Of a stretch of DNA of 64,000 nucleotides, positions 40,821-51,293 are shown one piece after another. The stretch is from contig JBDWQJ010000004.1 of NCBI GenBank assembly GCA_039986595.1, positions 621,385 to 685,384 on the forward strand, in the 5' to 3' direction. A program made the translations under genes and the position numbers. This stretch comes from Lentilitoribacter sp. (GTDB lineage Bacteria > Pseudomonadota > Alphaproteobacteria > Rhizobiales > Rhizobiaceae). How positions within the stretch are numbered: position 1 is the first letter of the stretch; every line of letters begins with the position of its first letter. The notes under the pieces were generated by a model. It had not been told where the DNA came from. It did not search any database and was given only the letters and a program-made list of their open reading frames with translations.

Positions 40821-41945
40821 TTAACGCCATGCTCTTGGCCGAATGAGTTTTCCACTTTCGCGCTGTTCTTCGGTATGGGCAATCCAGCCAATCACGCGCC
40901 CAAAACCAAATAGTGTTTGGCCAGTTTTTGGTCGTAACCCAAGGCTTTTTTCCATTGCTGCTAGAGCAAAATCAATGTTGGGATATAGGTTATATTCCTT
41001 TTCAACTTGTTTTATGATTTCACTCCAACCATTGGGCATATCAAAATGTTTGAGCAACTCTTTAGCGCGGGGATCCATCTTGGGGTAAATCGGATGACCA
41101 AAACCGGGTGGATGTTTAATTCCCTTGATAAATTCGATCCGATCATCGTCTTTTTTCATCGCCGCGCGCCCGACCCACCAGCGTGTCATGGAAGTCATCG
41201 AGCCATGCCGGGTTCCAGAAAAACTGGCAAGTGCCGCTAAAATACAGGCTTCGGTACTAGCATGCGCGGATGCTGCAACACGCGCTGTGTATGCTGATGG
41301 ATTAAGTTCATGATCAGCGCATAAAACCAGACAACGGCGCGCAATATCTGCAAAATTATCATCCTCAGAGAAATAGTTTGCGAGTTGGTTATGAAATGGT
41401 TCGTCCGGTAGCGTTTCGATTTGGCAAATAGCTGCGAGCAGTGATTTGAGGATAAAACCGTTGCGCTCTGCTTCTTCTAGCGGATAATTCGTCGTTAAAA
41501 TATGTGTGGCTGCCGCTAACATGCGCACAAAGGCGTTTTTGCCTTCTATAGGCACAAACTTGAATTCAGGGTCAAAATTGAGATCTGTGTTAATCAACAA
41601 TTTGGCAACATTTTCATATGTCGCCTCTTTGGACATCTCAATTGCATCATAGCCTCTGTAATATAGTTTGCCTTCATCGATATGGCTGATTTCTGATTTT
41701 AAAACCGGCTCGCCCCAGCTTTGGGTGGATTTTGCAATGGCCCTGCGTGAACGTCCACGTTTTTTGCTGGCAAGTAGCGTTTCAACATCATGTGCATGAT
41801 AAAGACTTTTGCGTGCATCACCTTGTTGTGCATGGGCTCGCACCTTGCCGCGGCTGACATAAGCATAAAGCGTTTGGCGTGAAATATTGAGTGTTTCACA
41901 CACGTCATTTGCTGTTAGCGTAAAGACATCTTGATCTTTTTTCAT
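40821..41945 (-). CDS. HTH-citrate synthase family fusion protein
   Basis: N-terminal HTH (LNISRQTLYAYVSRG) followed by CS motifs ADHELNPS, GTRHG, PGFGHPIY, PNIDF, GWIAH; start ATG 41945. Confidence 0.88.
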   Translation of the reverse strand: MKKDQDVFTLTANDVCETLNISRQTLYAYVSRGKVRAHAQQGDARKSLYHAHDVETLLASKKRGRSRRAIAKSTQSWGEPVLKSEISHIDEGKLYYRGYDAIEMSKEATYENVAKLLINTDLNFDPEFKFVPIEGKNAFVRMLAAATHILTTNYPLEEAERNGFILKSLLAAICQIETLPDEPFHNQLANYFSEDDNFADIARRCLVLCADHELNPSAYTARVAASAHASTEACILAALASFSGTRHGSMTSMTRWWVGRAAMKKDDDRIEFIKGIKHPPGFGHPIYPKMDPRAKELLKHFDMPNGWSEIIKQVEKEYNLYPNIDFALAAMEKSLGLRPKTGQTLFGFGRVIGWIAHTEEQRESGKLIRPRAWR

Positions 41946-41949
41946 GTTG

Positions 41950-41981
41950 ATTATGTTGATCAATCTTGACGATCTGTCAAG
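41950..41981 (-). promoter_or_regulatory. Divergent promoter/operator with palindrome CTTGAC-N5-GTCAAG
   Basis: Minus strand TTGACA (41980-75), 19-nt spacer, CATAAT (41955-50); palindrome 41965-41981. Confidence 0.5.
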
Positions 41982-42028
41982 TTATCGAAATCCTTTCTTC
42001 AACAGTTCAGATTATGAAAGGTGTTCCA

Positions 42029-43384
42029 ATGGCGCTGCTTAAACCTATTTTAAACGCTCTCAACATGGATGATGATAGATGTCAGGCATCAATGATTCAC
42101 GTGAAAAACGATCATGTTGCATCGTCGGATGTGTTTGCGGTGACAGATCTTGCATCGAGTTCAATCGCGGCGGCTGGGTTGGCGCTGGTAAAATATGCCT
42201 TTGGTCCACAATATGAGGGTCAAGTTAGTGTTGATCAGCGTTTAGCTTATCTTTGGTTTGGTAGCTCCTTACGGCCACAAGGTTGGAAATTACTTTCTCC
42301 GTGGGATGATTTGGCTGGCGATTATCAAGCGCAAGATGGTTTTATTCGTCTACACACAAATGCGCCGCATCACCGCAATGTCGTTACCAAAATTTTGGGC
42401 AATTTAGATCGTGATCAGGTGGCAAAAAAGGTAGCGCTTTATCAAGCGGATGAACTCGAAGAGATGATTATTGAAAGTGGCGGTGCAGCGGCAAAAATGA
42501 TAAATAGTCAAAATTGGGCAACGCACCCTCAAGGGCACGCTTTATCAGATGAGCCGTTAATTGCCTGGCAGCATTTCAACGATGCGGAGCTTATACATGT
42601 CCCGCGCGGATCGCGACCTTTGGATGGTCTTAAAGTCCTTGATTTAACCCGTATTATTGCTGGACCTGTTGCAACGCGGTTTTTAGCTCATTATGGCGCA
42701 AATGTTCTGCGCATTGATCCTAAAGGTTGGGATGAAGGTGAGCATATTTTGGATATGACGCCGGGTAAATCCTGCGCAACACTTGATTTAAAAGACGCGG
42801 AAGATCTGGCGCGCCTAAAGACGCTCATTTCGCAGGCGGATGTTTTCATCCATGGTTATCGCGCCAATGCGCTTGAAAGTCTTGGGCTGGATGCTGCTGT
42901 TTTAAGAGAACTCAACCCTTCTTTGATTGATATTGCACATAATGCCTATGGCTGGTCGGGTCCTTGGCGCAATAGGCGTGGATTTGATAGTTTGGTGCAG
43001 ATGAGCTGCGGTATTGCTGCAAAAGGCATGGATGTTTCTCAAAGCCATAAACCGTACCCTATGAGTGTCCAGGCGCTTGATCATGCAACAGGCTATCTCA
43101 TTGCAGCGAGCGCGTTAATTGGCTTATCGCGATTGCGCGATCACGGCAAAGCGTGTTCTGCGCGTTTATCCCTAGCGCGCACGGCTGAGCTTTTGAAAAC
43201 CACAGAGTATGATCAGTTTGGTGTCAATTCCATGTCTGAGATGACTGATGATGTTTGCGCGCTGATTGAGAAAACTGCTCTGGGGCCCCTTAAGCGTCTA
43301 AAATCGCCGCTTATGATTGATGGTTTGAAACCTTCTTGGGCAAAACCTGCAAGCCTCTTGCATCAATCCCGTCCTGAGTTTTAG
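42029..43384 (+). CDS. Family III (CaiB/BaiF) CoA-transferase
   Basis: VLDLTRIIAGP, ADVFIHGYR, RRGFDSLVQ, ALDHATG (putative catalytic Asp); ATG 42029 follows AAAGGTG. Confidence 0.88.
   Translation: MALLKPILNALNMDDDRCQASMIHVKNDHVASSDVFAVTDLASSSIAAAGLALVKYAFGPQYEGQVSVDQRLAYLWFGSSLRPQGWKLLSPWDDLAGDYQAQDGFIRLHTNAPHHRNVVTKILGNLDRDQVAKKVALYQADELEEMIIESGGAAAKMINSQNWATHPQGHALSDEPLIAWQHFNDAELIHVPRGSRPLDGLKVLDLTRIIAGPVATRFLAHYGANVLRIDPKGWDEGEHILDMTPGKSCATLDLKDAEDLARLKTLISQADVFIHGYRANALESLGLDAAVLRELNPSLIDIAHNAYGWSGPWRNRRGFDSLVQMSCGIAAKGMDVSQSHKPYPMSVQALDHATGYLIAASALIGLSRLRDHGKACSARLSLARTAELLKTTEYDQFGVNSMSEMTDDVCALIEKTALGPLKRLKSPLMIDGLKPSWAKPASLLHQSRPEF
42093..42108. other. Possible distal parS-like site inside the CoA-transferase gene
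   Basis: TGATTCACGTGAAAAA, 2 mismatches; contains GATTC. Confidence 0.4.
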
Positions 43385-43421
43385 TTTAAAGTTTGGTGAA
43401 TGATATGCAGGAGCGAATGAC

Positions 43422-43658
43422 ATGGGTTTACAATTAAGTGATGAGCGGAAGTTAGATGTTGCCCGTGCATTAAGAGGTTTTTTCCTCGATGAATTTGATA
43501 ATGAGTTGAGCGAGTTTCAAGCAGCCGAAGTTATTGATTTTATGCTTAAACAAATCGGCCCCAGTCAATATAATCAAGCTATTGGGGATGCACGAAATTT
43601 CCTAATGGAGAAAATTGAAGAGCTTGATGTCACGCTTTATGAGCCTGAGATACGCTAG
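43422..43658 (+). CDS. DUF2164 small protein
   Basis: FFLDEFDNELSEFQAAEVIDF...GPSQYNQAIGDA motif. Confidence 0.8.
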   Translation: MGLQLSDERKLDVARALRGFFLDEFDNELSEFQAAEVIDFMLKQIGPSQYNQAIGDARNFLMEKIEELDVTLYEPEIR

Positions 43659-43733
43659 GCCTTAGAATCATTGTAAGGAATTTATTCCTCAAAATATGCT
43701 TGACTCTTTTTTGATCTTCTGGAATCTATATTA

Positions 43734-43748
43734 GAACAAATAGTGAAC
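43734..43748. promoter_or_regulatory. Alphaproteobacterial LexA (SOS) box
   Basis: GAAC-AAATAGT-GAAC, exact GAAC-N7-GAAC, 23 bp upstream of imuA. Confidence 0.85.
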
Positions 43749-43771
43749 ATAATGGAATAGGTGAACGTGCA

Positions 43772-44782
43772 ATGCGGGAGCATCAAACGCATGAAGACTT
43801 GGCGCGTGAAGACTTGGCGCGCGAGGATTTAAATTGTCTTCGGCATAAGATAGCAAAAATTGAAAAACGGTCGACGGCTCGTTTTGATGACACGTCTTTT
43901 GTAAAGTCAGCTGTAAAGCGTGAGAGCAAGGAGAAAAGCCTTGTTCCGCTTTCTGCACAATATGGAAATAGGAATAAAAATGATGTTCTTGGATTTGATG
44001 ATCCCGTTTTAGAAAAAGCGCTTTCTGGTGGGATAAACCTTGCTGCTCTCACAGAATTTAGATCACAAGAAACTCGGCAAACAGGTGCTGCAAGCGCGTT
44101 TACTTGGGTTTTAGCGCAGCAAATGCAAAGCTTTTTAAAACAAAAGCATAACGAAGATTTACCGATTCTTTTTATCAGTGAAACATCATCACGTCTTGAA
44201 GGTGGGCATATATATCCGCCTGGATTAGTCTCATTAGGTATTAATCCTGCAACATGCCTTTTTATACAGCCTCGTTCCCTACATGACGCGCTTTGGGTGG
44301 CAGAACTTGCAGCCAAACAAAAATCAGTTGCAGCAACGATTTTAGAAGTGCGTGGAAATCCGCAAAACCTTGATATGGCCGGAACGCGGCGTTTGCATTT
44401 AAGAGCGCAAAGTTCGGGACGACCGTTTTTTTTATTGCGGCAAGCAGGGCAAGAAGAAGCAACAGCTGCGCGTCTTCGTTTTGGTGTGCAATCAGCGCCA
44501 GCGGCATTACGAACACTGCCATCGCAAAAGATGTTTTCCAGCAGTCTTTCACGTCCTGCTTTTCAGATCACGCTAGAGAAAAGCAAAAACCCAGCGCCGC
44601 AATCGTTTATTTTGGAATGGAATAATGACAGCCACTCTTTTACCACAAGATATCAAGACATCTCTTCCAACCCAGTCGATTTTTCTCAAGAGCAATCGCC
44701 GGATATTGGCGGTAGCGTTTCCCTATCTGGCAACGGACCGGATCAAGCGTCTGAGATGGGGCGTATCCTGGCGTTTGGATAA
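43772..44782 (+). CDS. imuA: ImuA (RecA-like mutasome accessory protein)
   Basis: DALWVAE, LDMAGTRRLHLRA, ATAARLRF, LEKSK...FILEW motifs; first gene of the cassette. Confidence 0.85.
   Translation: MREHQTHEDLAREDLAREDLNCLRHKIAKIEKRSTARFDDTSFVKSAVKRESKEKSLVPLSAQYGNRNKNDVLGFDDPVLEKALSGGINLAALTEFRSQETRQTGAASAFTWVLAQQMQSFLKQKHNEDLPILFISETSSRLEGGHIYPPGLVSLGINPATCLFIQPRSLHDALWVAELAAKQKSVAATILEVRGNPQNLDMAGTRRLHLRAQSSGRPFFLLRQAGQEEATAARLRFGVQSAPAALRTLPSQKMFSSSLSRPAFQITLEKSKNPAPQSFILEWNNDSHSFTTRYQDISSNPVDFSQEQSPDIGGSVSLSGNGPDQASEMGRILAFG
43793..43831 (+). repeat. In-frame 15-bp tandem duplication in imuA
   Basis: GAAGACTTGGCGCGT GAAGACTTGGCGCGC GAGGATTTA, encoding EDLAR-EDLAR-EDL. Confidence 0.85.
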
Positions 44783-46298
44783 AACCCAAAGCGCGTTACA
44801 AAACCTTCCGCCTATGGTCTGTGTGGCTAAACAAAAGGGTGCTATGCGATTAGCCTCGCTTGATATTAGTGCTCAATCTCACAGATTGCGCGAGGGGCAA
44901 GGGGTTACCGAAGCGCGCGCGATATGTCCTGATCTTGATATTATCCCCAGTGATGATGCGGCTGATTTGGCATTTTTGAATGCGCTTGCTGATTGGGCGG
45001 ATCGTTATACGCCGTTGATTGGCATTGATGCACCTTTTGGCAAGCCGCAAGGGCTGTTTTTGGATATTACAGGTTGCGCGCATTTGTTTGGCGGTGAAGC
45101 TGAGATGCTTAAAGATATCATCTCTCGCTTTGACAAAATGGGTATTTATGCAACAGGTTCGATTGCTCCTACACCCGGTTTGGCTTGGGGGTTAGCTCGG
45201 CAACATGAACCTTGTGATTATGTTAGCGAAAATGTGATTATGAATTGGGACAATTTGGATGCGCGATTTCGCCAGTTTCCAATGGCCGCTTTGCGTTTAC
45301 CGCTTGATATGTTGTTAGCGCTTGATCGTGTGGGGCTCAAAAAAGTCAAAGACATAATGTCCGCTCCTCGAAAACCATTAATGCGGCGGTTTGGTCCTTT
45401 GCTTTTAAAGCGACTTGATCAGGCTTTGGGTCGGGAAGAAGAACCTGTTTCCCCGCGTTTGCCTGTCTCTGATTTATCCGTTGAGCGCCGTCTAGCTGAA
45501 CCAATTGGACGACAAGAAGATATCGAGACTTGTATTGAGCAACTATCAAATTCGTTGCGCTGTGATTTGGAAAAGCGCGGTCAGGCGGGGCAAGAGTTTA
45601 TGCTGTTGTTATTTCGTATGGATGGTGTTGTGCGCCAAATTATGATTGGCCTATCTGCGCCCTCTCGAGATGCAAAGCGTATTAAGGCGCTTTTTTCGCA
45701 AAAGCTGGCGGCAATTTATGATGAGTCTGACGCCGGGACAGGATTTGAAACAATCAGGCTTTGTGTCGTCCAGGCTGTTGTGAAGTCTGATGTTCAAGAA
45801 TCATTTGTAAACGGCAGTAATGTTCAGACCAATATGCATCAATTGGCCGATCAGATAACGGCGCGTTTGGGGAAAGATAGCGTTGTAAAGCCTGCTTTTC
45901 ATCAGAGTTTTATCCCAGAGCTGGCAGCATCTTTTGTGCCGGTTATTGAACATAAACAGTATGATGAAACAATTTTGCAAAACGATTATTATGAGCGCCC
46001 GATTAGATTGTTTTCAAACCCTGAACCTGTGACCGCAATTGCGGAAGTACCGGAAGGTCCGCCTATTCGATTTAAATGGCGGCGTAGTCAATATCAGGTT
46101 GCCCGCGCGGAAGGCCCAGAACGGATTGCGGCTGAATGGTGGATTGATGGTGAGAGTGCCCAAACGCGCGATTATTATCGCGTTGAAGATAAATCAGGGC
46201 GCAGATTTTGGATTTTCCGTCAGGGTCTTTATGAGCGTGAAACGCATTTATCTGATGGTTTATTACCGAAGTGGTTTATGCATGGATTATTTGCGTGA
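44625..46298 (+). CDS. imuB: ImuB (inactive Y-family polymerase)
   Basis: [25 protein letters not shown]-terminal [10 protein letters not shown]...RDYYRVED motifs. Confidence 0.92.
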   Translation: MTATLLPQDIKTSLPTQSIFLKSNRRILAVAFPYLATDRIKRLRWGVSWRLDKTQSALQNLPPMVCVAKQKGAMRLASLDISAQSHRLREGQGVTEARAICPDLDIIPSDDAADLAFLNALADWADRYTPLIGIDAPFGKPQGLFLDITGCAHLFGGEAEMLKDIISRFDKMGIYATGSIAPTPGLAWGLARQHEPCDYVSENVIMNWDNLDARFRQFPMAALRLPLDMLLALDRVGLKKVKDIMSAPRKPLMRRFGPLLLKRLDQALGREEEPVSPRLPVSDLSVERRLAEPIGRQEDIETCIEQLSNSLRCDLEKRGQAGQEFMLLLFRMDGVVRQIMIGLSAPSRDAKRIKALFSQKLAAIYDESDAGTGFETIRLCVVQAVVKSDVQESFVNGSNVQTNMHQLADQITARLGKDSVVKPAFHQSFIPELAASFVPVIEHKQYDETILQNDYYERPIRLFSNPEPVTAIAEVPEGPPIRFKWRRSQYQVARAEGPERIAAEWWIDGESAQTRDYYRVEDKSGRRFWIFRQGLYERETHLSDGLLPKWFMHGLFA

Positions 46299-49200
46299 AT
46301 ACGGCCACCTCACCATATGCCGAACTTGGTGTTGCGAGCAATTTTTCCTTTTTAAAGGGCGCTTCGCATCCTGAAGAATTGATCGTTCGTGCGGGCAAAA
46401 TTGGGCTAACGCATATTGGTCTTGCAGATCAAAATACAGTTGCCGGTGTCGTGCGTGCACATATGGCGGCAAAAGAAGCTGATATCATTTATCATCCTGG
46501 GTGCCGTCTTGTTTTTACCGATGGTACATCTGATATCTTGGCCTATCCAAAAAATCGTAAAGGTTGGGGGCATTTATGCCGTCTTTTGACAATTGGTAAT
46601 TTGCGATCTGAAAAAGGCAATTGTCAGCTATCACGTAATGATTTGGTCAGTTGGTCACCTGATCTATTATTTTGTGTGTTAGCAAAAACAGATGCGCATA
46701 ATGATCCGGATAAATTGAGCGAAGAACTTGAGTTCTTAAAAGCGCATATAAATGACAGATTATACCTAGCTCTGACCCCGCATTACGACGGGCATGATAA
46801 ATATCGTTTTGCCTGTTTATCAGAGCTGTCTGAAGAGACATCTATCCCATTAATGGCAAGCAATGATGTCTTTATGCACGAGCATGGTCGTCGTCCCTTG
46901 CGTGATGTGTTGTCGTCAATTGAACATCATAAGCCTGTTTATGATATGGGTTTTCTATTGTTTAAAAATGCAGAGCGTTATCTAAAATCAAGTGCAGATA
47001 TGAACCATGTTTTAAAGGCATATCCCCAAGCCATTACAAACTCTATAAAGTTTGCGGATCAATTAAGTTTTTCGTTGGATGAATTGAAGTATCAATATCC
47101 GGATGAAAAATTTGGAACCGGCACACCTCAGGAAACTTTAACTGAACTTGCTTATCAAGGCGCTAAGGATCGTTATCCAGATGGTGTTCCTAAAACGATA
47201 ATTGATCAAATTGAACATGAATTGGCATTAATAAAGCAGTTAGACTATGCGCCCTATTTTCTAACAGTATGGGATATTGTGCGTTATGCCCGCAGCCAAA
47301 ATATATTATGCCAGGGCCGTGGGTCTGCGGCCAATTCCACCGTTTGTTATTGCTTACAAATTACTGATGTAAACCCCAACAAAGTAGACCTTTTATTTGA
47401 GCGTTTTATTTCCCCAGAACGCAATGAACCACCTGATATTGATGTAGATTTTGAGCATGAACGGCGTGAAGAAGTTATCCAATATATTTACCGTAAATAT
47501 GGTCATGATCATGCAGGCCTTGCCGCAACGGTTGTCACTTATAGAGCGCGCATGGCAGCGCGCGAAGCGGGCAAAGCTTTTGGTTTGTCTGATGATGCTA
47601 TTTCTGGATTATCCGGTCTTGTTTGGGGGTGGTCATCAAAAAGCATCACAGAGCGTGAAGCCAAGGAAGCAGGTCTTGATATTAAGGATATCACAACGCG
47701 GCGGGTTCTTGATTATGCCTCGCAGTTGATCGGGTTTCCCCGTCATTTATCTCAGCATGTTGGTGGATTTGTCATCACCAGAGATCGGCTTGATGAAGTG
47801 GTGCCGTTGATGAATACGGCGATGGAAGGTCGCACTATGGTTGAGTGGGATAAGGATGATTTGGAAGCTTTGGGAATATTGAAAATTGATATTCTGGCGC
47901 TTGGTATGTTGTCATGTCTGGCGAAAGCTTTTGATCTTTTGAAAACCAAATATGGTATTTATAAAACGCTTGCGGATCTACAAGATGAAGATCAGATCGT
48001 TTACGATATGATCTGCGCAGCGGATACAGTTGGTGTTTTTCAAATTGAAAGCCGTGCACAGATGACGATGTTACCAAGGTTAAAGCCGCGGGAATTTTAT
48101 GATCTGGTGATTGAAGTTGCCATCGTCAGACCAGGTCCTATTCAGGGGGATATGGTGCACCCATATTTGCGCAGGCGACAGGGACTGGAACCTGTATCAT
48201 TTCCCAAGAAAGAATTGGAACAGGTCTTAGGGCGCACTTTAGGTGTGCCGCTTTTTCAAGAGCAAGCAATGAAGATTGCGATCGTTGCAGCTGATTTTAC
48301 CCCCGGGGAAGCAGATAAATTACGGCGTGCTATGGCAACGTTCCGCCGGGTTGGAACCATCCATACATTTAAGATGAAGATGATTAAAGGCATGGTCAAA
48401 AATGGATATGAGGAGGCGTTTGCCGAGCGTTGTTTCAAGCAGATCGAAGGCTTTGGTGAATATGGTTTTCCTGAAAGTCACGCCGCATCTTTTGCGCTTT
48501 TGGTTTATGCTTCTTGTTGGTTTAAAGCTTATTATCCTGATATTTTTGGCGCGGCGATTTTAAACTCTCAACCGATGGGTTTTTATGCACCATCGCAGCT
48601 TATTCGCGATGCACGTGAGCATGGGGTGGATGTCCGGCCTATCGATATCAATTATTCGAATTGGAATTGTATTTTAGAAGACGGTTCATTTGAACCTTCG
48701 ACCATGTCAAAACCTCGACGTTCGATGGCCCAAACAATCCGAACGGAATATGCGCTGCGCCTTGGATTCAAACAAATTAAAGGTTTGCGCGAAGGTGACA
48801 TGGATAAAATATCTGAATGCCGGGATACGGATGATAATGGTCACTACGATTCTGTGCGTGATCTTTGGTTGCGTACTGGACTTTCGTGTAAAATTTTGGA
48901 ACGTTTAGCAGAGGCGGATGCATTTCGGTCTATCGGCCTTGATCGCCGTGAAGCTTTGTGGGCGGTTAAAGCGCTTGATCAAACAACGCTTGATGATGAA
49001 GGATTGCTGTTTAAGAAGGATCACTCACCCATTGAAAAAGAAGCAGAGCTTTCTCTGCCTAGAATGCGGTTAAGCGAACAGGTGATTAATGATTATCGCT
49101 ATTTAAAACTCTCGCTGAAAGCCCACCCACTTTCATTTATTCGTCATCGATTGGCGGTTAGAAATGCTGTATTGCATGAAGATTTGCCTCAGGTGAGAAG

Positions 49201-49618
49201 CGGGCGGAATATTTCAGTGTCTGGTCTCGTGCTTGTGCGTCAGCGACCGGGTTCAGCCAAGGGTGTTATATTTCTAACATTGGAGGATGAGACAGGCGTT
49301 GCCAATGTGATTGTTTGGCCGAAGGTTTTTGAACGTTTTCGCAAGCTTATATTAGGCGGCAGGCTTTTACGTGTTCATGGCAAACTACAAAATGAATCTG
49401 GTGTGATCCATGTCGTTGCGCACCGTATTGAAGATCTGACATTTGAAATGGAAAGCCTAGAAACCCAGCATGATGAAAAAGATGAAAAGGACCTTAGTTT
49501 TATCAAAGGACAGAAGGTCAATTTATTGGGCGATAAAAGCACAATGCTTGCACAATCAAACTCATTGCGTGGAAAACGAGCCGGTCAGGTTATGCCAAAG
49601 GGTCGAAATTTCCATTAA
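46295..49618 (+). CDS. dnaE2: Error-prone DNA polymerase DnaE2 (ImuC)
   Basis: [41 protein letters not shown]; GTG 46295 overlaps the imuB stop. Confidence 0.96.
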   Translation: MNTATSPYAELGVASNFSFLKGASHPEELIVRAGKIGLTHIGLADQNTVAGVVRAHMAAKEADIIYHPGCRLVFTDGTSDILAYPKNRKGWGHLCRLLTIGNLRSEKGNCQLSRNDLVSWSPDLLFCVLAKTDAHNDPDKLSEELEFLKAHINDRLYLALTPHYDGHDKYRFACLSELSEETSIPLMASNDVFMHEHGRRPLRDVLSSIEHHKPVYDMGFLLFKNAERYLKSSADMNHVLKAYPQAITNSIKFADQLSFSLDELKYQYPDEKFGTGTPQETLTELAYQGAKDRYPDGVPKTIIDQIEHELALIKQLDYAPYFLTVWDIVRYARSQNILCQGRGSAANSTVCYCLQITDVNPNKVDLLFERFISPERNEPPDIDVDFEHERREEVIQYIYRKYGHDHAGLAATVVTYRARMAAREAGKAFGLSDDAISGLSGLVWGWSSKSITEREAKEAGLDIKDITTRRVLDYASQLIGFPRHLSQHVGGFVITRDRLDEVVPLMNTAMEGRTMVEWDKDDLEALGILKIDILALGMLSCLAKAFDLLKTKYGIYKTLADLQDEDQIVYDMICAADTVGVFQIESRAQMTMLPRLKPREFYDLVIEVAIVRPGPIQGDMVHPYLRRRQGLEPVSFPKKELEQVLGRTLGVPLFQEQAMKIAIVAADFTPGEADKLRRAMATFRRVGTIHTFKMKMIKGMVKNGYEEAFAERCFKQIEGFGEYGFPESHAASFALLVYASCWFKAYYPDIFGAAILNSQPMGFYAPSQLIRDAREHGVDVRPIDINYSNWNCILEDGSFEPSTMSKPRRSMAQTIRTEYALRLGFKQIKGLREGDMDKISECRDTDDNGHYDSVRDLWLRTGLSCKILERLAEADAFRSIGLDRREALWAVKALDQTTLDDEGLLFKKDHSPIEKEAELSLPRMRLSEQVINDYRYLKLSLKAHPLSFIRHRLAVRNAVLHEDLPQVRSGRNISVSGLVLVRQRPGSAKGVIFLTLEDETGVANVIVWPKVFERFRKLILGGRLLRVHGKLQNESGVIHVVAHRIEDLTFEMESLETQHDEKDEKDLSFIKGQKVNLLGDKSTMLAQSNSLRGKRAGQVMPKGRNFH

Positions 49619-49620
49619 AC

Positions 49621-50223
49621 TTAAAGAACGTCTCGATCTTTTAGGTCCTTGGCAAATTGCTCTGGTGATGTGAACAACAAACCATCAATCCTCAGCGCAA
49701 TAGCAGCCTCAACATTTTCCATTGTGTCGTCGATGAAAATACAGTCTTCTGGTTTGAGCTGGTTGCGCTCAAGCAGAAGCTGATAAATTTTAGGATTAGG
49801 TTTAATTATCTTATGTTCGCCCGACACAATTGTGTCGATAAAACTGTTTCCCAAATAAGGAAACATCTCACAAGCAACTGGCCATTTTTCATGGGAAAAA
49901 TTGGTGATCGCATAAAGCGGAATATTCTTTGCCTTTAACTGGTTGAGTATATCAACTGTTCCCGCAATTGGTCCTGGAACAGTTTCAGACCATCTGTGAT
50001 TAAATGCTTCAAAAATCGACGCATATTGCGGAAATTTTGTGCTTTGATTTCGAACACCTTCTTGAAAGCTTAAGCCACGATCAAGCTCTAGGTTCCAGTT
50101 GAAGAAATCCACTTCTTTGAGGAAGGTTTCAACCGCATCATGATTATTGAAGTGTTTTAAGAAAAAGGGGCGCACATCCCACTGAATGAGAACCTTGCCA
50201 ACGTCAAAGATGATATTTTTCAT
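49621..50223 (-). CDS. HAD family phosphatase
   Basis: FDVGKVL, ITNF, IKPNPKIY, FIDD motifs. Confidence 0.9.
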   Translation of the reverse strand: MKNIIFDVGKVLIQWDVRPFFLKHFNNHDAVETFLKEVDFFNWNLELDRGLSFQEGVRNQSTKFPQYASIFEAFNHRWSETVPGPIAGTVDILNQLKAKNIPLYAITNFSHEKWPVACEMFPYLGNSFIDTIVSGEHKIIKPNPKIYQLLLERNQLKPEDCIFIDDTMENVEAAIALRIDGLLFTSPEQFAKDLKDRDVL

Positions 50224-50496
50224 GAAAGACCAGAAAACTAGAGAAGACAGAATTATGTATTTATCAATTTCATGTGTCAGTTACAAAACAATTTCGAAGA
50301 AATTCATGATCACAAGCAAAATATACTGGCGACGATTGAAACAATGGTATATCAATTTCGCTCTTCTACAGGTCTGTAGCACAAGTTCCTATTGACAAGA
50401 TGCTACGTATTTATGATGCTGAGAAATACTTTGTACGGAGTTGGTAAAAATGTGCCTTGATCTAATTAAAACTCATAATATAGGGCATGAGTATAT

Positions 50497-51270
50497 ATGA
50501 GCGATGCTGATTACAGCTTGATCGCTGAAAACATTCATAAAAGTTTTGGAAGATTGGACGTGCTTAAAGGGATTTCGCTGCACGCTAAGCTGGGTGATGT
50601 CGTTTCTATCATTGGCAGCTCAGGCTCAGGCAAAAGTACATTTTTGCGCTGTGTAAATTTTTTAGAAATGCCAGATCAGGGACGTGTTGTTTTAGATGGC
50701 GAAGAAGTCATCATCCGAAAAGATAAAAACAACAAAACACTCGGCGTTGATGAGAAACAAATTCAAAGATTGCGCAGCCAACTCGGCATGGTGTTTCAAG
50801 GGTTTAATTTATGGTCACATATGACTGTCTTGCAAAACCTGATTGAGGGACCAATTCAGGTTTTAAAAGTTGATAAAGACGAAGCCGAAGCGCGCGCGAT
50901 GGATTATCTTGGCAAAGTGGGCATTGCTGACAAAGCAAATTCTTATGCAAGTCAGTTATCTGGTGGGCAGCAACAACGTGTGGCGATTGCACGGGCACTC
51001 GCGATGGAACCTAAAGCTTTGTTGTTTGATGAGCCAACATCCGCGCTTGATCCAGAATTGGTGGGTGAGGTTTTGCAAGTTATGCAGGGTTTGGCAGAAG
51101 AAGGCCGAACCATGATTGTGGTTACTCACGAAATGGGTTTTGCCAGAGATGTGAGCAATAAAGTATTATTTCTTCATCAGGGAATGATTGAAGAACAGGG
51201 ATCACCTGAAGAGGTGTTTAATAATCCGAAATCTGAGCGCTGTCGGGAGTTTTTGGCAAGTTCATATTAG
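50497..51270 (+). CDS. Polar amino acid ABC transporter ATP-binding protein (HisP-like)
   Basis: [33 protein letters not shown] motifs. Confidence 0.95.
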   Translation: MSDADYSLIAENIHKSFGRLDVLKGISLHAKLGDVVSIIGSSGSGKSTFLRCVNFLEMPDQGRVVLDGEEVIIRKDKNNKTLGVDEKQIQRLRSQLGMVFQGFNLWSHMTVLQNLIEGPIQVLKVDKDEAEARAMDYLGKVGIADKANSYASQLSGGQQQRVAIARALAMEPKALLFDEPTSALDPELVGEVLQVMQGLAEEGRTMIVVTHEMGFARDVSNKVLFLHQGMIEEQGSPEEVFNNPKSERCREFLASSY

Positions 51271-51293
51271 CGGGATAATAATAGGAGAAAAAC

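Noticed and set aside
43783-44316. 177-aa antisense ORF in imuA
   Set aside because: Shadow of the coding strand; Ser/Arg-rich with no domain features.
49616-49623. HAD phosphatase as part of the mutasome
   Set aside because: Convergent orientation and no LexA box; adjacency only.
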